The notes under the pieces were generated by a model. It worked only from the letters and a program-made list of their open reading frames with translations. It did no database searches and was not told where the DNA came from. A program made the position numbers and the translations under genes. From contig CM119271.1 of the NCBI GenBank assembly GCA_051294375.1, forward strand, positions 552,721 through 616,720: 64,000 bases of DNA, written 5' to 3'. Origin of the DNA: Paraspadella gotoi (Eukaryota; Animalia; Chaetognatha). Each line of letters begins with the position of its first letter. The stretch's first letter is position 1. Shown piece by piece: positions 46,647 to 60,340 of the stretch.

Positions 46647-49600
46647 TCAAGGATGTCGCTGAAATTGTGATCCGATGTTGATCTCACACCAAGAGACAAA
46701 ATAGCAGCTCAGGAGAAAGTTCACGACAAGGCTCACACCGTCCAAGGACCGCGCCATTTTCTGTGATTCGAAAGATAAAGTGTTAAATAGAAATTAAATC
46801 TAATAAAATACAGAAACATTCGATAGATGGATAGACAGAAAAATATGTAATAAGTAGAATAATTTTGTCATTGATTAACAATTAGATTCAGACGTGTTTG
46901 ACTAACCTGAACTAAAGTGACTTTATCTTCCTCTCTATTTTTATCATCAACTTTTTCCGTTTGAACGGCGCCATCGTGGTACGAGTCTGTAGGTTTTGTT
47001 GAACTCTTACAATCTGGAAAAAGGTTTAATGCATAATTATAAAAAGAAGAAATATCAAAATTATTGAATATACAGTTGTCCAGTTAAGTGATATATTTTT
47101 CTAGAATAAGTTAGTTTCAGTATTTTTATTTTTTCTGCAAATAATACAGTAATTGTGTCACAACCCGATATCTTTTTGCATTAATAAATCAGAGTCAAAA
47201 GCTTTAAAAAAAGTTTGAGCAAACAATGTCGGATCTGCCCACGATCATTAGCGGTAGGCAGCAGAACAGATAATTAATAAATGGGATGGGGCATCTCACT
47301 GTTGGCTTTGGTGGCTTCCGACCCTCAGTGACACTTCCAGTCACTGGCGCGGTTAACCTGGGACGGTTACGCTTTGACAACGCAGAGGGAAGTCGTTAGG
47401 ACTGTGAATATACAACGCCTGGGATAGTGTATTCTCCCTCTGAGCCAATAGTATTGTCTGAACGATGGTGGACGTGAGGCGGTGTGAATATACCACCACA
47501 GGCACAGGTGCTCATTTAGGAGTAAATAACTGACAACTTAGAAAATGGAAAAAAAAGAAAATTTATTTCCCCTCAAATAGTATCTGCACAGAAAAAGCTA
47601 TAACATAAATTATCTAATTCTAAACAAACATCATAAAATCCGGTTATTAAATCCTTAATTCCTAAAACCTGAAGACTCGACTCTAATAAGTTTGATTCCA
47701 GAGGAGCTTTGCGCTCGAGTTGTTGTTGAACTTTCGTTCGGGTCTGAGCCCTTACCTTTCTTAGCACCTAGAATATAGATTTTTTGGGAATAATAGGAAA
47801 AAAAAATATTCAGACTATGACAGAACGATAAGACAAATCTCGGGTTAATTCTTTTCAAATTTTCTTTCATTTTATATTTTTTGATAGTCAATTTAGGTTT
47901 AAGGTTAGATGATTGGGTTAGGTAAAAGCCTTTTACTAAAAGGGTTAGGAATCAATGATTAAGATTAGGGTTAAGGATTAAGTTAGAATTAAAGATTAGG
48001 GTTAGAGAATAAAAAGAAAATTTGGTAAAAGACTTGAGTTAAAATTAAATCCAGGAATCAAAGAAAAAAAACTGCCGAAAACTTCCTCGTCCCTCATCGA
48101 TCCTCAACTCACGACATCGTTTGAAGATCGATTTGACCGTCTTGTGCTCCATAGACATCACGAGGACGACTAGCGTTTCCATGAAGGCGAAGATTGTCTG
48201 ACCGAAAGTGAGGAGAGTGAATTGAGAAAAGTAGGAGATGTCACCGGGTTTCGTGTTGGGCAGAAGATCCTGGAGTAAGGTGAGGTAAGGTGGGATTTGG
48301 TCGGCAATGATAAGTTTAGCAACGGGATTTGAGATTGGAACCAAGCATTTGTAATTGCGTAATCACTAATCTCTGAACCAAGGAAATGTGCGGCCGCTTT
48401 CACTATTGACTATTGTTTGATCCGGGATTAGATCCAGGAACGTTAACGGTAGTGAGCTAACGTCTTTACTCAATGTGCCACCGAGTAGGTGGGTCTTGCG
48501 GTATAAACGTGGACTGTTGGTCTTTAGCTCAGCATCTAAATCTCGTTTCTGGACAATGTCCAGTTAAGACGTCACCCTGTTTGGGAATGGGATTTATGCT
48601 TGCAACCAACCTTTAAGGATTGCTAATACCTTTATTACAGTAATCTTAGCTTTTTTATAGAAGGTTTGCGGCTGTTGTTCTCACGTTTAAACCGCAGCTA
48701 GTGGCATTTTGAGTGAAGTCACCCGTGGACAAAGCTGGAAACTTACCTTGACTGCCAACATGGCGACGGACATGGTAAGGACCATGGTGATCGACGTCCC
48801 CACCCTTTCTCCGCTCTCCGGCGGCAGCATGAAGATAAGAACGGTGAGGAAAGAAAATGTGTAGATTGGATAAACGAGAGCAAGACGAATCGAATTTCCA
48901 TTGCGTCGCATAGACATCTCGAGGTAGGCGTACTCTTGCTTGAGAGAGAGAGAGAGAGAGAGAGAGANNNNNNNNNNNNNNNNNNNNNNNNNNNNNNNNN
49001 NNNNNNNNNNNNNNNNNNNNNNNNNNNNNNNNNNNNNNNNNNNNNNNNNNNNNNNNNNNNNNNNNNNNNNNNNNNNNNNNNNNNNNNNNNNNNNNNNNNN
49101 NNNNNNNNNNNNNNNNNNNNNNNNNNNNNNNNNNNNNNNNNNNNNNNNNNNNNNNNNNNNNNNNNNNNNNNNNNNNNNNNNNNNNNNNNNNNNNNNNNNN
49201 NNNNNNNNNNNNNNNNNNNNNNNNNNNNNNNNNNNNNNNNNNNNNNNNNNNNNNNNNNNNNNNNNNNNNNNNNNNNNNNNNNNNNNNNNNNNNNNNNNNN
49301 NNNNNNNNNNNNNNNNNNNNNNNNNNNNNNNNNNNNNNNNNNNNNNNNNNNNNNNNNNNNNNNNNNNNNNNNNNNNNNNNNNNNNNNNNNNNNNNNNNNN
49401 NNNNNNNNNNNNNNNNNNNNNNNNAGAGAGAGAGAGAGAGACTTCAAACAATAATTTAAAATTCTAAAATCAAAAATTTTACATATGTCTGATAAACCAT
49501 ACAACCATACAACCATTTAAAAAAAAATATAAAACCAGCTCAAACCAAACTTTCAACTAACGAGTCTCCCTTTCGACTCACCTCGTTCGCCGACTCTGTG

Positions 49601-51222
49601 CTCATTTTAATCCCGACTTGGACACTCTGAGCCAGATTTGGCTCCAAAGGCCAATCCACGCTCTCCGAGAAAAGCTCGTCGTCGTGGCGATAGGCCACAG
49701 TGACGTTGGCGATGTTCCTGAGAATCACAAGCGAATGTCACTGTGAGGGCGCGGGCTTACTAAGTATTTGCGCTATACCTAAAAATCTTTTTCAACAATA
49801 AAAAGTTCTTTTGCCATTTTTTGGTCAATTTTAACTTATACTTTTTTTTTCTTAACTCACCTAATATTAAGTGGCATTAGGGCGAGTTTGACCCTACAGG
49901 TCTGATAGTCCCGTGGAAAGAAGGTGGCGTTCATATCGCAAGAGGTCAAAGTTGTGGCTTCGATAAACATCGAGCTGTATCCGCTCGACCGGATAATGAC
50001 AGGGAATTCTGCCATCTTTTCCATCAAAGACTTTTGATGATCTTGGTCATCGAGCAGAATAAATTGCGGCCATCTTGATGGAGTTGGAGTTGGGATTTAA
50101 ATTGGGTTTGAAAAACCAATAATTGATGATAATTGTAATTGATATTTTCGAGCTTTTGCCAATTATACACTAACTTACTTTTCCTGCAGTAAAAAATAAT
50201 TTGACTGTTTAAGAGATCGATTAATTCATTGATTGATTGATTTTGAGAAACTGATTTGATAATTTAATTGACTAAATTTATTGATTTCTCAGTAACTGCG
50301 ATGGATTAATTTCATAGCTAATCTCGCTCACCTTGCGAACCGACTCGGAAAGAGCAATGTGTCATGATCATTAAACTCAGACGAGTTCCACATTAGAGTT
50401 TTGTCAAACCAGCGAAATCTGATTCTTAGCCGAGTGTCCAGAGTCTGAAATATTCAACAAATGTTGTGCCTGTGGTTAAATTAATAAATACATAAACTAT
50501 GCATAATTTTATGATGTAATCTTATGAGGTAAATAAGATCGACGGATTACGACGAGATTTTATGTCCAACATTTATATATGTAAGATTAAATATGGATTA
50601 TAGAGCATGAATACATAAATACATATATAAATAGAAAAACCGACCGAAAAATGATTCATACAAAATTTGTGGCGACGCTACGCGGCTAAAAAGTAAGGTT
50701 ATCTTTTCTCACCCCGGTGTCGGTGAGTTCGTTAATGGTGAGAAGAGTAAATTCGACTTGAATGTCCCAGGTGTAGCCGCCATCTTTGAAGGCGGTTTTG
50801 CCATCGTTGGCTCGACCCTCGACGATTGACATTAAGCACGCTTTGGTTTTTTCTGGCCAGGAATTGTATGAGAGAATGTGAATTCTCTCTCTCTCTCTCA
50901 CTCTGTGCGTCTGTCTCTCTCTCTCTTTCACTTTCTCTCTCTGTGTCTGTGTCTCTCTCTCTGTCTCTAGATCTCTCTCTCTCTCTCTCTCACTCTCTCT
51001 ATCTCTATCTCTCTCTCACAATATCCCTGTCCCCATCATATTACAAATATATTTAATCAAACCAATGATACCAATACAAAATTTAATATTTGTGTAAAAT
51101 ATATATGTAACATTTCATATTTTTTATCTTTAGTCTAATATATTTTCATATTTTATATTACCTTGGCAACAACACACTGAAGAAAATAGGGCGAAAAGAA
51201 TGTATAATATTACGAATAACAT
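46647..51222 (-). CDS. Divergent Cys-loop ligand-gated ion channel subunit (nAChR-like, non-alpha), 10 exons, ~443 aa
   Basis: Exons 51222-51162, 50852-50713, 50444-50332, 50073-49861, 49717-49582, 48938-48747, 48269-48113, 47767-47669, 47013-46907 and 46760-46647 are all phase-compatible. Signal peptide MLFVILYILFALFSSVCCCQ; W.D..L.WN; Cys-loop CDMNATFFPRDYQTC; pre-M1 MRR; M1-M2 linker LPPESGERV; M4 MARSLDGVSLVVNF. Confidence 0.92.
47281..47500 (+). repeat. Family C structured repeat, abutting a 5' fragment of family A (47209-47280)
   Basis: Aligns to the reverse complement of 35076-35265, with a longer central segment. Confidence 0.8.
48415..48490 (-). mobile_element. Degenerate tRNA-derived SINE head
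   Basis: Minus strand reads GGTGGCACATTGAGTAAAGACG (A-box-like) ... CCTGGATCTAATCCCGG (B-box/T-arm-like) at tRNA spacing. Confidence 0.35.
48968..49424. other. Assembly gap flanked by (AG)n on both sides, within a channel-gene intron
   Basis: Run of N. Confidence 0.99.
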
Positions 51223-51474
51223 TTTTTTTTCGTTCTTTGGTCAAGTATTATTTAATCAGAACTGGTTCGCTAATGCGGAGATCTCTTCGAAGTTAAATCA
51301 TTTTCATGAGATCCAGAGTTAAACCGCGAATCCCACAAAAGGTAAGGCAAAGTAAGTTCGGACCAAGCGGTCGCATGTTTAGACGTCCGTTCCAGAATTC
51401 TCTCTCCATTTTTCAGATGAGAATAAAACTTGACTTGATTCTCGTCTCAAAACACGAAATCAGATTCAAGGTCT

Positions 51475-51517
<43 letters not shown>

Positions 51518-52549
51518 TGTCATCGGTGTCGTTTTAGTCGCGCGAAAATAAATTATTGTTTTCGACTTTTATCTTAAAATATTCCCATTCGTGTATTTGA
51601 TGTCATCATCTTTTTCGTAAATGTTGTCGCCCTTTCTTTTCCAAAGCGTTGTCACTCACGACTCTTTCAAGCCAATGTCATTATTGATAAAAATCTAATA
51701 AAGATATTTCCAAAAATCCCCCGCGATTTTTCTTTCGTGAAAATATAAAAAGGAAAGTGTGAAAGTCCCGATCACGATTCTTGTTAAATTCTGGTTCACG
51801 TCGTAGATAAGATTTTATCTTGCGGCAGAATTGATTGCAGCCTTTGGAAACGAAATATCCACAAAAGCTACAGGGAAATTTAATGAGTAATTAAGGAATG
51901 AATTAATTAATGATTGAATGAATGAATTAATTAATAATTGGCTCTTCATCTTATTTTCTCGGTAATGCTTGGTAATAAATGCGCTATTTTCAGACGTTAT
52001 ATTCTAAACTTTACCAAGTAACAAAGCAATCAATAGTTAAATTTTGAAAAGTAATTTAACTTGATTAAACTCCGGCGTGAAATCTTCTTAGGTCCAATAA
52101 TTTTTTAATACATATTTAGCTAACATGAGGTACATAATTTAGCCACACTGTGCAACAATAGAACAGATATGACTGATGATTAAAAGCATATCGAATTATT
52201 TATTCAAAATTAGAATAAAAATATTTCTGCGCACAGTTGTTTAAAGCAAAATTAACTAAAAATAATTTTAAAAAAAATTCCTCTCGACTTATAATCTAGT
52301 CATCCAAGCAAATAAAGTACCAAACAAAGTCCATGTTGTTATTTAAAATAAATTAAAAACAGTATAGTTTGTCAAAATTAATTTTAAACACATTTAAGGA
52401 AATAAAAACAAATAGGCTTAAGCATAACGGCAGCCTCAGCCTACGCCCTACAGCATAAGCAAAAACCACGCAACTACAGCATCAGCTAAGAACCACGCAA
52501 CTCCAGCATCAGCAAAAATCGGGCGGCGAGAGAATCAAACCAAAAAACA

Positions 52550-55500
52550 TCAGTCATCGTAAAACTCGTGCAATTCTCCGGACCAATCATGTTCGCGTTT
52601 CGATCTCAACGACGACGACGACGACGCCGGTTCCTCCTGGCGAAAGAGCGACGCCGGAAGACGCCGGAAATAATCGGCTCCGGCTTGGGACCCGAGCGTC
52701 CAACCTTGGAAGGCGCCATGTGTGGCGCAGTTGAGGGAAGAAACGACGCAGAACCCGGAAGAATCTACAGGGGGGGTAGAGAACGAGGAAAAATTGGAAA
52801 AGTTTATAGATGAAATTTTTGAACCATCATTAGTACGATTGATGCTGTATCAGGGCTATCAGTTGGTCCCTACGATTGATGCTGTATCAGGGCTATCAGT
52901 TGGTCCCTACGATTGATGCTGTATCAGGGCTTGCCTAGATTAAACATTAAAGAGAGCAAAAAGAGCCTCCTCTTCCTCTTCCTCTTCCTCTTTGCCTCTT
53001 TTCTCATTCGATCTCCAGAAGCGCGTGATTCAGAAGCCGAAACCTTTTTCCGTAACACTTTTATCTACCTAATCTTACCGGACTAACAAACAGTCAGACA
53101 AACCGACAGGGTTATGGGTTATGGGTTAGTGTTGAATATTACGGTTAAAATTAAATTCAGACTTTAAGAAACAAAAAGGGACGCTTTTTGAAAATAGAGC
53201 CACAAAACCTTTGGGGACGACGAAGCGCCGAACGTCAAAGTGATCGAGGATAGGCGCCGGACAGACGGTGTCCGGACGAAGGCGTCGCGCCGGGAGACAG
53301 GATCGGCAGAGTCGTCGGAATTCTGCCGGAAACGAGGCCAACAGCGACGAGAGGAAAGTTCTGTTGATAGAAAATGACGGAAAGTTGTGATTCGCTTTTT
53401 TTTTTTTCCATGAATGTTCGAATCACAAATAAAATTAAATACATAAATTTAAATACATTTACTAACAAAACAAAAACGAACACAGATCTCTTCTTTACTG
53501 AGCAGTGAGCATCAGTGAGCACCCAGAAACCACCAACTTGGCTTCCTCTCGCCCTATCCGATTACACTATGGTGGACTAAAACCCACCAACCGTTCATCA
53601 GCGGCCATAGGTGCCGGAGGCAAGTCATTCGCCTCCCACCCAAAGGTCCGGGTTCTAGCCCGGTGGTCGTCTGGCAGTTAAGAGGGACGGGGCGCTTAAC
53701 CCGCCTGTAACATGGTGTTACAGCCTGATCCGAAGCTCAGGGACTGCTTATATTGAACGGTTCTATCACTAACTCATACACAATAATTACTGTCTCTAAC
53801 CACTAATTTTTTGTATTGGTTGTAAAAATATTATACCACTTCATTGATAGGAAAGCCAAGCACTCGGGGAGTTAATAAAATACTTAGACTGTGAGAGAGT
53901 TTTGATCGATGTGAAAGCTCGCCTTGCTGTGTTTTTAGTATCAGGTGTCAGAGGTGGACGTCTTAACTCACGATAGCCCGTTCAAATTCAGAGGGCAAGA
54001 CAACTTCCCGTTGGTTTTACCAATTTCCTTCCGTTTCCTCCCAACCGCCCAAAAACCTGTGACACTCTTCCTCGAAGTCTTTCCTCAACCGACAACTCCA
54101 CAACCAATCGCGTCGCCAATCCGAGAAGGGATCCTTGACATCCTTCACACTGGGGAAGTCGTCGTCGTCTGCGTCGCGGACGAGCGAGTTGAGGCGGAGG
54201 AAACGGTGGAGTCGATGCCACTCGACGGCGACGCGCGGATCGAGGACGGCGGCGTCGAAGATGGTGGAAGGCGTTGGAGGAGGAAGTTGACGAGAAAGTT
54301 GAGCAGGATGATCTGGTGATGATTGGGTTGTCGTGTTAGTTGATTGATTGATTGATCGTTTCGTAGATTGGTTGATGGTCGGCGTAGAAAAGTCTTCGGA
54401 TGAAGTTTTCGAGGAATAGAGAGTAGATTGCGTGGCGTTGAGTGGGGAAATTTCTTTTAGAGAGTGTTTGAGAGAGTTATTTTGAGAGTGTTTTAGCGAG
54501 AGATTCGGCGAGTATTTGACAGAGAGATTCGGCGAGTGTTTGAGAGATTGTTCTTTAGACAATAGAGGAGAATGTTCCGAAGACATCGTTTCACGAGCTC
54601 GTTTCAAGGATGAGCGCTCGAGAGAGGTTTGATGAGGACGAAAGGTTTTTCGTCGTGGTTGTGACGATTTCCGCAGATTTGGCAGCAACAGCGGTGAAGG
54701 TGGCCGCAAATGCTCTTGTGATTTTTGCGAAAGAAAATTCTCTTTTCTTTTATGTAGACGAGATATTTGATTCGATAGTAGAGACTACAAGAGAAAATGA
54801 AATTCTAAAAATAAAGCTAAAACCCAAAAGTGTTGAAAATTGAAAACGATGAAATGTGACCCAAGGCTTGAAAGCGATCGTCGACTCACCTCTTCGATCT
54901 TTCGTCTTGGAATCCCTGTTTCCTGCTCTATTCTTCGAAATTCCTCGAGGCGCTGGACCGGGGACCGATTGGCAATCGGCTTTTGGCTGACTTCATTTGC
55001 CCTTTTTAGAAAATTCGCTTTGTGAACGTTGGTCAATTCATCCTTTGACTGTTCATCACTCAATTGGTGATCAATAATCTTTTCTACTTCTTTCGTTTCA
55101 TCTTTGACTCGTTGCTTTGACTCGCCCAACAGTTCATCGCTTAATTGTTGATCGCTCAACTGTTGATCTTCCAACATTGGTTCGCTCAAGTTTTCATCCT
55201 TTATTTTTCCGTCTTCTGAGAATGGATCGCTCAACTGTTGATCGCTCAACTTTAGATCGCTCAACTGTACGTTGCTGAGCGCCTGAACGTCCGGCTCTGG
55301 ATTCGGAATGACTTGAATTTCCGGCTCCAAACGAAGAACGAGTCTCGACTGAAATTAATTAATTAAAACAAAGTAATTAAAATTTATTAACAAATCAGAT
55401 AAATGGTTGAAATATCGAAGTACTGAATATTATAATTATTTACATCAATTCTAACTTTTTAAACAGCTAATTTGGTTAGTATGGTTGCAAATACGTTTTA

Positions 55501-55650
55501 GTTGAAACTGAAAGAAACGTAAATTTATGATTGTTATTGATTTGTCGTTACCTCAGCCGACGACATAAGGTAGAAAAAGAGAAAGACATGGCACGAGAAT
55601 GCCGATGATGACGACGACCAAGTCCGCAACATGGTAATAGAATTCTGCAT
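52550..55650 (-). CDS. Orphan, probably secreted protein, 5 exons (55650-55552, 55348-54890, 54784-54057, 53360-53209, 52764-52550), ~550 aa
   Basis: Phase-compatible GT-AG model. Hydrophobic N-terminus (AFSCHVFLFFYLMSSAES), QQLSD repeats, SLKHS repeats, S/T-rich linker, Cys/Trp-containing C-terminal region, ending RSKREHDWSGELHEFYDD*. No family recognised. Confidence 0.65.
52834..52930. repeat. Perfect 37-bp tandem repeat x2.6
   Basis: TACGATTGATGCTGTATCAGGGCTATCAGTTGGTCCC at 52834, 52871 and partial at 52908; no spacers. Confidence 0.95.
53570..53750 (+). mobile_element. tRNA-Gly(CCC)-like SINE/MITE copy lacking the right arm
   Basis: 53601-53670 folds as a degenerate cloverleaf: acceptor GCGGCCA/TGGTCGT, TCGCCTCCCAC anticodon region, T-arm CCGGG-TTCTAG-CCCGG. 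The tail TGTAACATGGTGTTACAGCCTGATCCGAAGCTCA also occurs inverted at ~57149-57187. Confidence 0.7.
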
Positions 55651-58204
55651 TTCTCAACCTATGATTGAAAAGAGAATGATAGCTTTAAAGTTCGTAACGT
55701 TTATTTATGTACTTTTTTTTGTAGTTTGACTAAAAAGGTAAATGAAAATATTTTTTTCCCAAGGAAATCTGTTTTTAAGTTGTTTGATGCAAGCAACTTT
55801 AATTGAAGCGTTGCAGTCTCACTATAATCTCGGTTAGTTAACTTTTAAATCAAAAAGCTATATTAAAAAAGAAAAAAAGAAATGTCATTTTTAAAAAAAA
55901 TTGAAACTGGAGACTAGTGAAAAAGAACAAGATTAGCATACAGCAAGATATCAGAAAATTCTAATAAAATGGGCTAAACGGTTTACAAATACTTTATATA
56001 AATTTATGTAGTTTTGTTTTGCGTTTTGCGTGTTGCCGAAAAAATAGTTTAAAAAAAGATAGCAAACTAACCAAAAAAAATAATGTTATCGATTTGCAAA
56101 TAAGTATAGTCCGATCATGTAAACAATCATAGTGATAACAAGCATTTTTGATTTTAAATAAAACAAAAAATAAAAACATAAAAAGTTCACGATAACTTCG
56201 AAGTGTATTTTAATTTCAGGTCCTTTGAAGGTTGGACGATCCGCGTCCGAAGGCCCGTTTTGAGTCGGGAGATGATGGTCAGCGATAACCGATCCAACAT
56301 GTGGTCAAAACTGGTCATTCCTCGCTCTCCCCTTTTTCATTTTTCGATCTTTTTTTCTTTATTTATTTTTGACTTCACCGAATTATTTTCCCTTTTTGTT
56401 ATCCGTTCATTAAACACTTTCTTTCTTTCATTATTTGCCTGACCAAATTTGCATACCAAATTACTACTCAATTAACCTAAGCCTTCTATATTTAGATTCT
56501 GAGTTTTACATTTTTTATTCTACTTTCACTGTTTTATTCATTATTATTTGGGTTTTTTTATTTTATGTTATTAACCGGTTTATGAAATCCGTACTACCAA
56601 TATCCAAACTATCTATTCATTACATAACTATTTAAACGCTCTTTTAACTCATGGATGAATCATTTTTAAGATGGTTGAGTCTTAAATCATAACTGCATCT
56701 CAATAAACGCTTTTTGCCTCTTCAATCATCGCACGTAACTTTCGCCTTTAGTTTAGGAATAAAGTTCGTCATTGAATCGAAACCAATGAACGCATTAGTC
56801 GTAGGCGCCAAGCGTTGTCGTAGTTGTTCGTCAGTTCACAGTTAAATGTACGTACATAATAAGGATTTTTTAACTTGCATATTGGTAAAACCAATATAAA
56901 TTTATCCATTCATTTAAAAAATAAGCGATCTTGCCCCTGGCTGTTGAGATTTAACTTAAATTTTAAGACCTCCAACACTCTCATAAAATAATGACATAGC
57001 AGGTCCCCGCAAGCTTTCAATCCTATTTATAAGTCATTATATATATTACTCCCTCTGTAAAACAGACATCGCATCATTTAAACCTGCATCTTAAGTCCGA
57101 GTTTCCAACCTAGTACCTGAATAGACAGTAATTATTGCTATGAGTTAATGAGCTTCGGATGAGGCTGTAACACCGTGTTACAGGCGAGAATTTTGGCCTC
57201 TTGACGAACGAGGCTTTACTGCGGGAAGGACAGTTGTCTGGGAAATTTGAAAAGGGGAAACGAAAATGTGAGGGTCTATCGGTTCAGAGAGGCCGACGCT
57301 TGTTGGTTCGTTGATCTCCGTCGGCATTGAACACTCAATTCCTTATTTTTTTCTGCTGACAATGATCACAATTTTAATTTGGATACGAGATAGATGCGAT
57401 GTTCAATTTCTACGCATTTTTATGTCCTTTCGACAGAACCTCCGCGTTCGTCCGTCAAACTATCCGTTCCGAGACGGTCCGTCCATGCGTACGACCTGGA
57501 TTTCCCGACCTCGTAGCCTTCAACTTCGATTAATGTTTTGTGGACAAAAACAACAACGACGATGAAGCCTATGCGACGACGACAACTAAGAAATTACGGC
57601 GGGAACGTATTTAAGTCTTTACCCTTGAATTTCGGTCTTTTTTTTTTCTTTTTTTTTTTGTTGGCCATCATTACACTCTCTCACGCCTTATTCATTTGCT
57701 TGCTAATCAGATTCCTATTGATTTCTATAGAGATTTGCTATTTTGTTTGCACCCACCTATTTTTCACTTGCATCACATTACACAAGATAGCACATTTACA
57801 TATTTTCAACATATTTTTCTAGAGGGCACTATAAACAAGGGGATTTTTTTTAGGACAAAAGAACACCACATTCAAATTAAGTTTTTTTTTATTTTAAGCT
57901 TTATTTACTAGAGGGCTCCTCAAACAAAAGAGCATTTAGTAAGACATTTTTGATTAGGTTTTCAAAATATTTACCAGATGTCTTATTCTTAACAAAGGAA
58001 CATGCATAATAAATTTGATTTTCATCTACTAGATCTTCCTTTGCACCTGCTTTTACACAAAATAGCAATTTCTTTTTAAATTTTTATCATTCAAAATAAT
58101 TTTAAAAATTCTTAATTAACATCATTTTTTAAACAGAAAATCTATATAATTAAATATTGTATCCTATATTTGTCATCTTAATTTTTTTTCTTAACTATAT
58201 TTTT

Positions 58205-58480
58205 TGAAAAATGATGAAAATTAAAAAAATAATGCAAATTGAAAAAATGATGCCAGTTTAAAAAATGATGCAAATTAAAAAATAATGAAAGTTGAAAAAA
58301 TGATGCAAGTTATAAAAATGATGCAAGTTGAAAAAATGATGCCATTTTAAAAAATGATGCAAATTTAAAAAATGATTCAAATAAAAATAAAATGATGCAA
58401 ATTGAATAAATGATACAAATTGAAAAAATGAGTTAAAAAAATGAAGAAGTTAAAAAATGATACAAGTTAAAAAATGATAT
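58205..58480 (-). repeat. Free-standing 18-bp minisatellite (AAAAAATGATGCAAGTTG)n
   Basis: Reverse complement of the unit found inside family A elements. Confidence 0.8.
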
Positions 58481-59753
58481 ATGTGATGATGATGATGATG
58501 ATGAAAGTTAAAAAGAATAGGAATTTTAAAAAATTATGCCAGTTAAAAAAATATTATTTGTGCCTCAGTAACAGTTCAGTTTAAGCCCTTGAAAGCGATT
58601 TACATGTATTGGCGCAGCCACTGGTTTATATAAGCGCTTTTATTCGAATGCAATATGGTTGATTCAGTACCATAATCATTAAAAAAAAATGTATTCTTGG
58701 CGATCAACATCAAGCTTCAAATGAATATGTCGGAAATTATGAATTAACTTTTCTTTTAAGGATAAAGTAAGAGTGCACCGTAAAAAATGATAAAAAAGGA
58801 AGGCAATTTTTTTAAACTCAATTAGCGGAAACATTATTCATCATTGTCCCAAAGATTTCTTAAAACGACGAATGCCTCCTCGTAACCGAAAGTGTTTATT
58901 TGTTATTATTATTTCTTTTTAAAGATGAGTGCTCAACATAACTGCTCAAAAGTGCTTATCTACGGTTTCATGAATTATAATAAGAGTATTAAACGATATT
59001 GCCGTTACATGAATCGGCATCCTAGTTTTATTCATTTAAAATTTTTAAATCGTTTGCTAATCGTTCTCTGTAAGAGAGGATTTCGATTTGTTTCAAATTC
59101 AATTCTTTCACAAAAAAATTTTTAAGATTCAGCTTTTATTCTTGTTCTGAAATCGTCATTTTTGTTTGAGAAGCAGATCTACTCATCTAGAGACAGGAAT
59201 ATCTAGACTCTCTCTCTCTCTCTGTCTCTCTCTCTCTCTCAACATCAACCTACAAGGTGACACACGACAACCAGCCGCTAGAAAAAAAATCATTATTTGC
59301 AAACCTATAAAGATTTTTTCTGTTGTAAAAACCTAAATCATTTATATATCCAAATTTCATATTGATTGGTTATGATTTGACTTGGCAATGAGCGGAAAAA
59401 AGAAAATCGTCTTTCATTTTAAAATTCTTTTTTTTTTCAATCTTTTTGTCAGATTTTCTGAACATTTTTTAAAGAACTTTTTACATAAAAAGGAATCAAT
59501 TTTAATATCTTCTGAAGGCTCTTGGAAATTTGAAAAAATAACATACATATAAAAATATTATAATATGAAAATAAGCCTAACTAGCTTTAGTTTAATCTAG
59601 ATAGGACAGGCTAATTTTTATATAACAGTATTTTTAATTATGCCATTCTTTTCATATTTTCAATAGCTTTAAGAAGATATTAATAATGATAACTATTTAT
59701 ATAAAATTGTTTTAAAAAATGTTTAGAAAGTTAGATAAACAGATTGAAGAAAA

Positions 59754-60203
59754 TACAAGTTTGAGCAAACAATGTCGGATCTGCCCACAATCATTATTGG
59801 TAATTAATTAATTAATGATTAATTAATTCAAGTTAATTAATTAGGCAATTAATTAATTTGATCCGAAATGTTTGTTTTGATTGATTGACTGATTAATTAA
59901 GTATTAATTAATTAATTAATTGACTAATTTATTAATTAACTGATTAATTATTTGATTAATTGATACATCTTGCATTTACATTTACATTTACAAGAAGCAT
60001 AATCAATTTGTGTAACAGATTTGTTTTTTTCCATTTAAACTCATTTCCACTCGGACGATTCCATCGAAACTTCATATCCAGCTCAATAACACACTTCCCT
60101 ACCCACATACAAAATTTCATTCCAATTCATCCATCCAATCACCGACGGACCGACAAAGTGAATTATAGAGTCGGGATTTGCTGATAAGCAGATCCGACTA
60201 AAA
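59754..60203 (+). mobile_element. Family A HINE-like element (short)
   Basis: Both termini and a single core; closely similar to the reverse complement of 853-1530. Confidence 0.7.
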
Positions 60204-60340
60204 ATTGAGTTTTAAAATGAAATACGATTTTGAAGGCAACTTTTCTCCGCTCAATGCCAAGTCAAATTAAAACAAATCAATATAAAATTTGGATATACAA
60301 ATGATTTTGGTTTTTACTACAGAAAAAATCTTTCAGATTA

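Noticed and set aside
52834-52930. 37-bp repeats resembling a CRISPR repeat length
   Set aside because: Units are head-to-tail with no spacers, lie in a eukaryotic intron, and there are no cas genes.
53585-53605. CTGATGA hammerhead core on the minus strand
   Set aside because: No GAAA at a suitable distance after a stem II.
53601-53700. Twister-ribozyme-like words (GGTCC..AGCCCGG..GAGGG) in the SINE/MITE
   Set aside because: The required P1/P2 pairings could not be built; a degenerate tRNA-Gly cloverleaf explains the motifs better.
53988-54221. Alternative frame with CEGC, superficially saposin-like
   Set aside because: It lacks the remaining saposin cysteines, and the other frame is continuous with the upstream exon.
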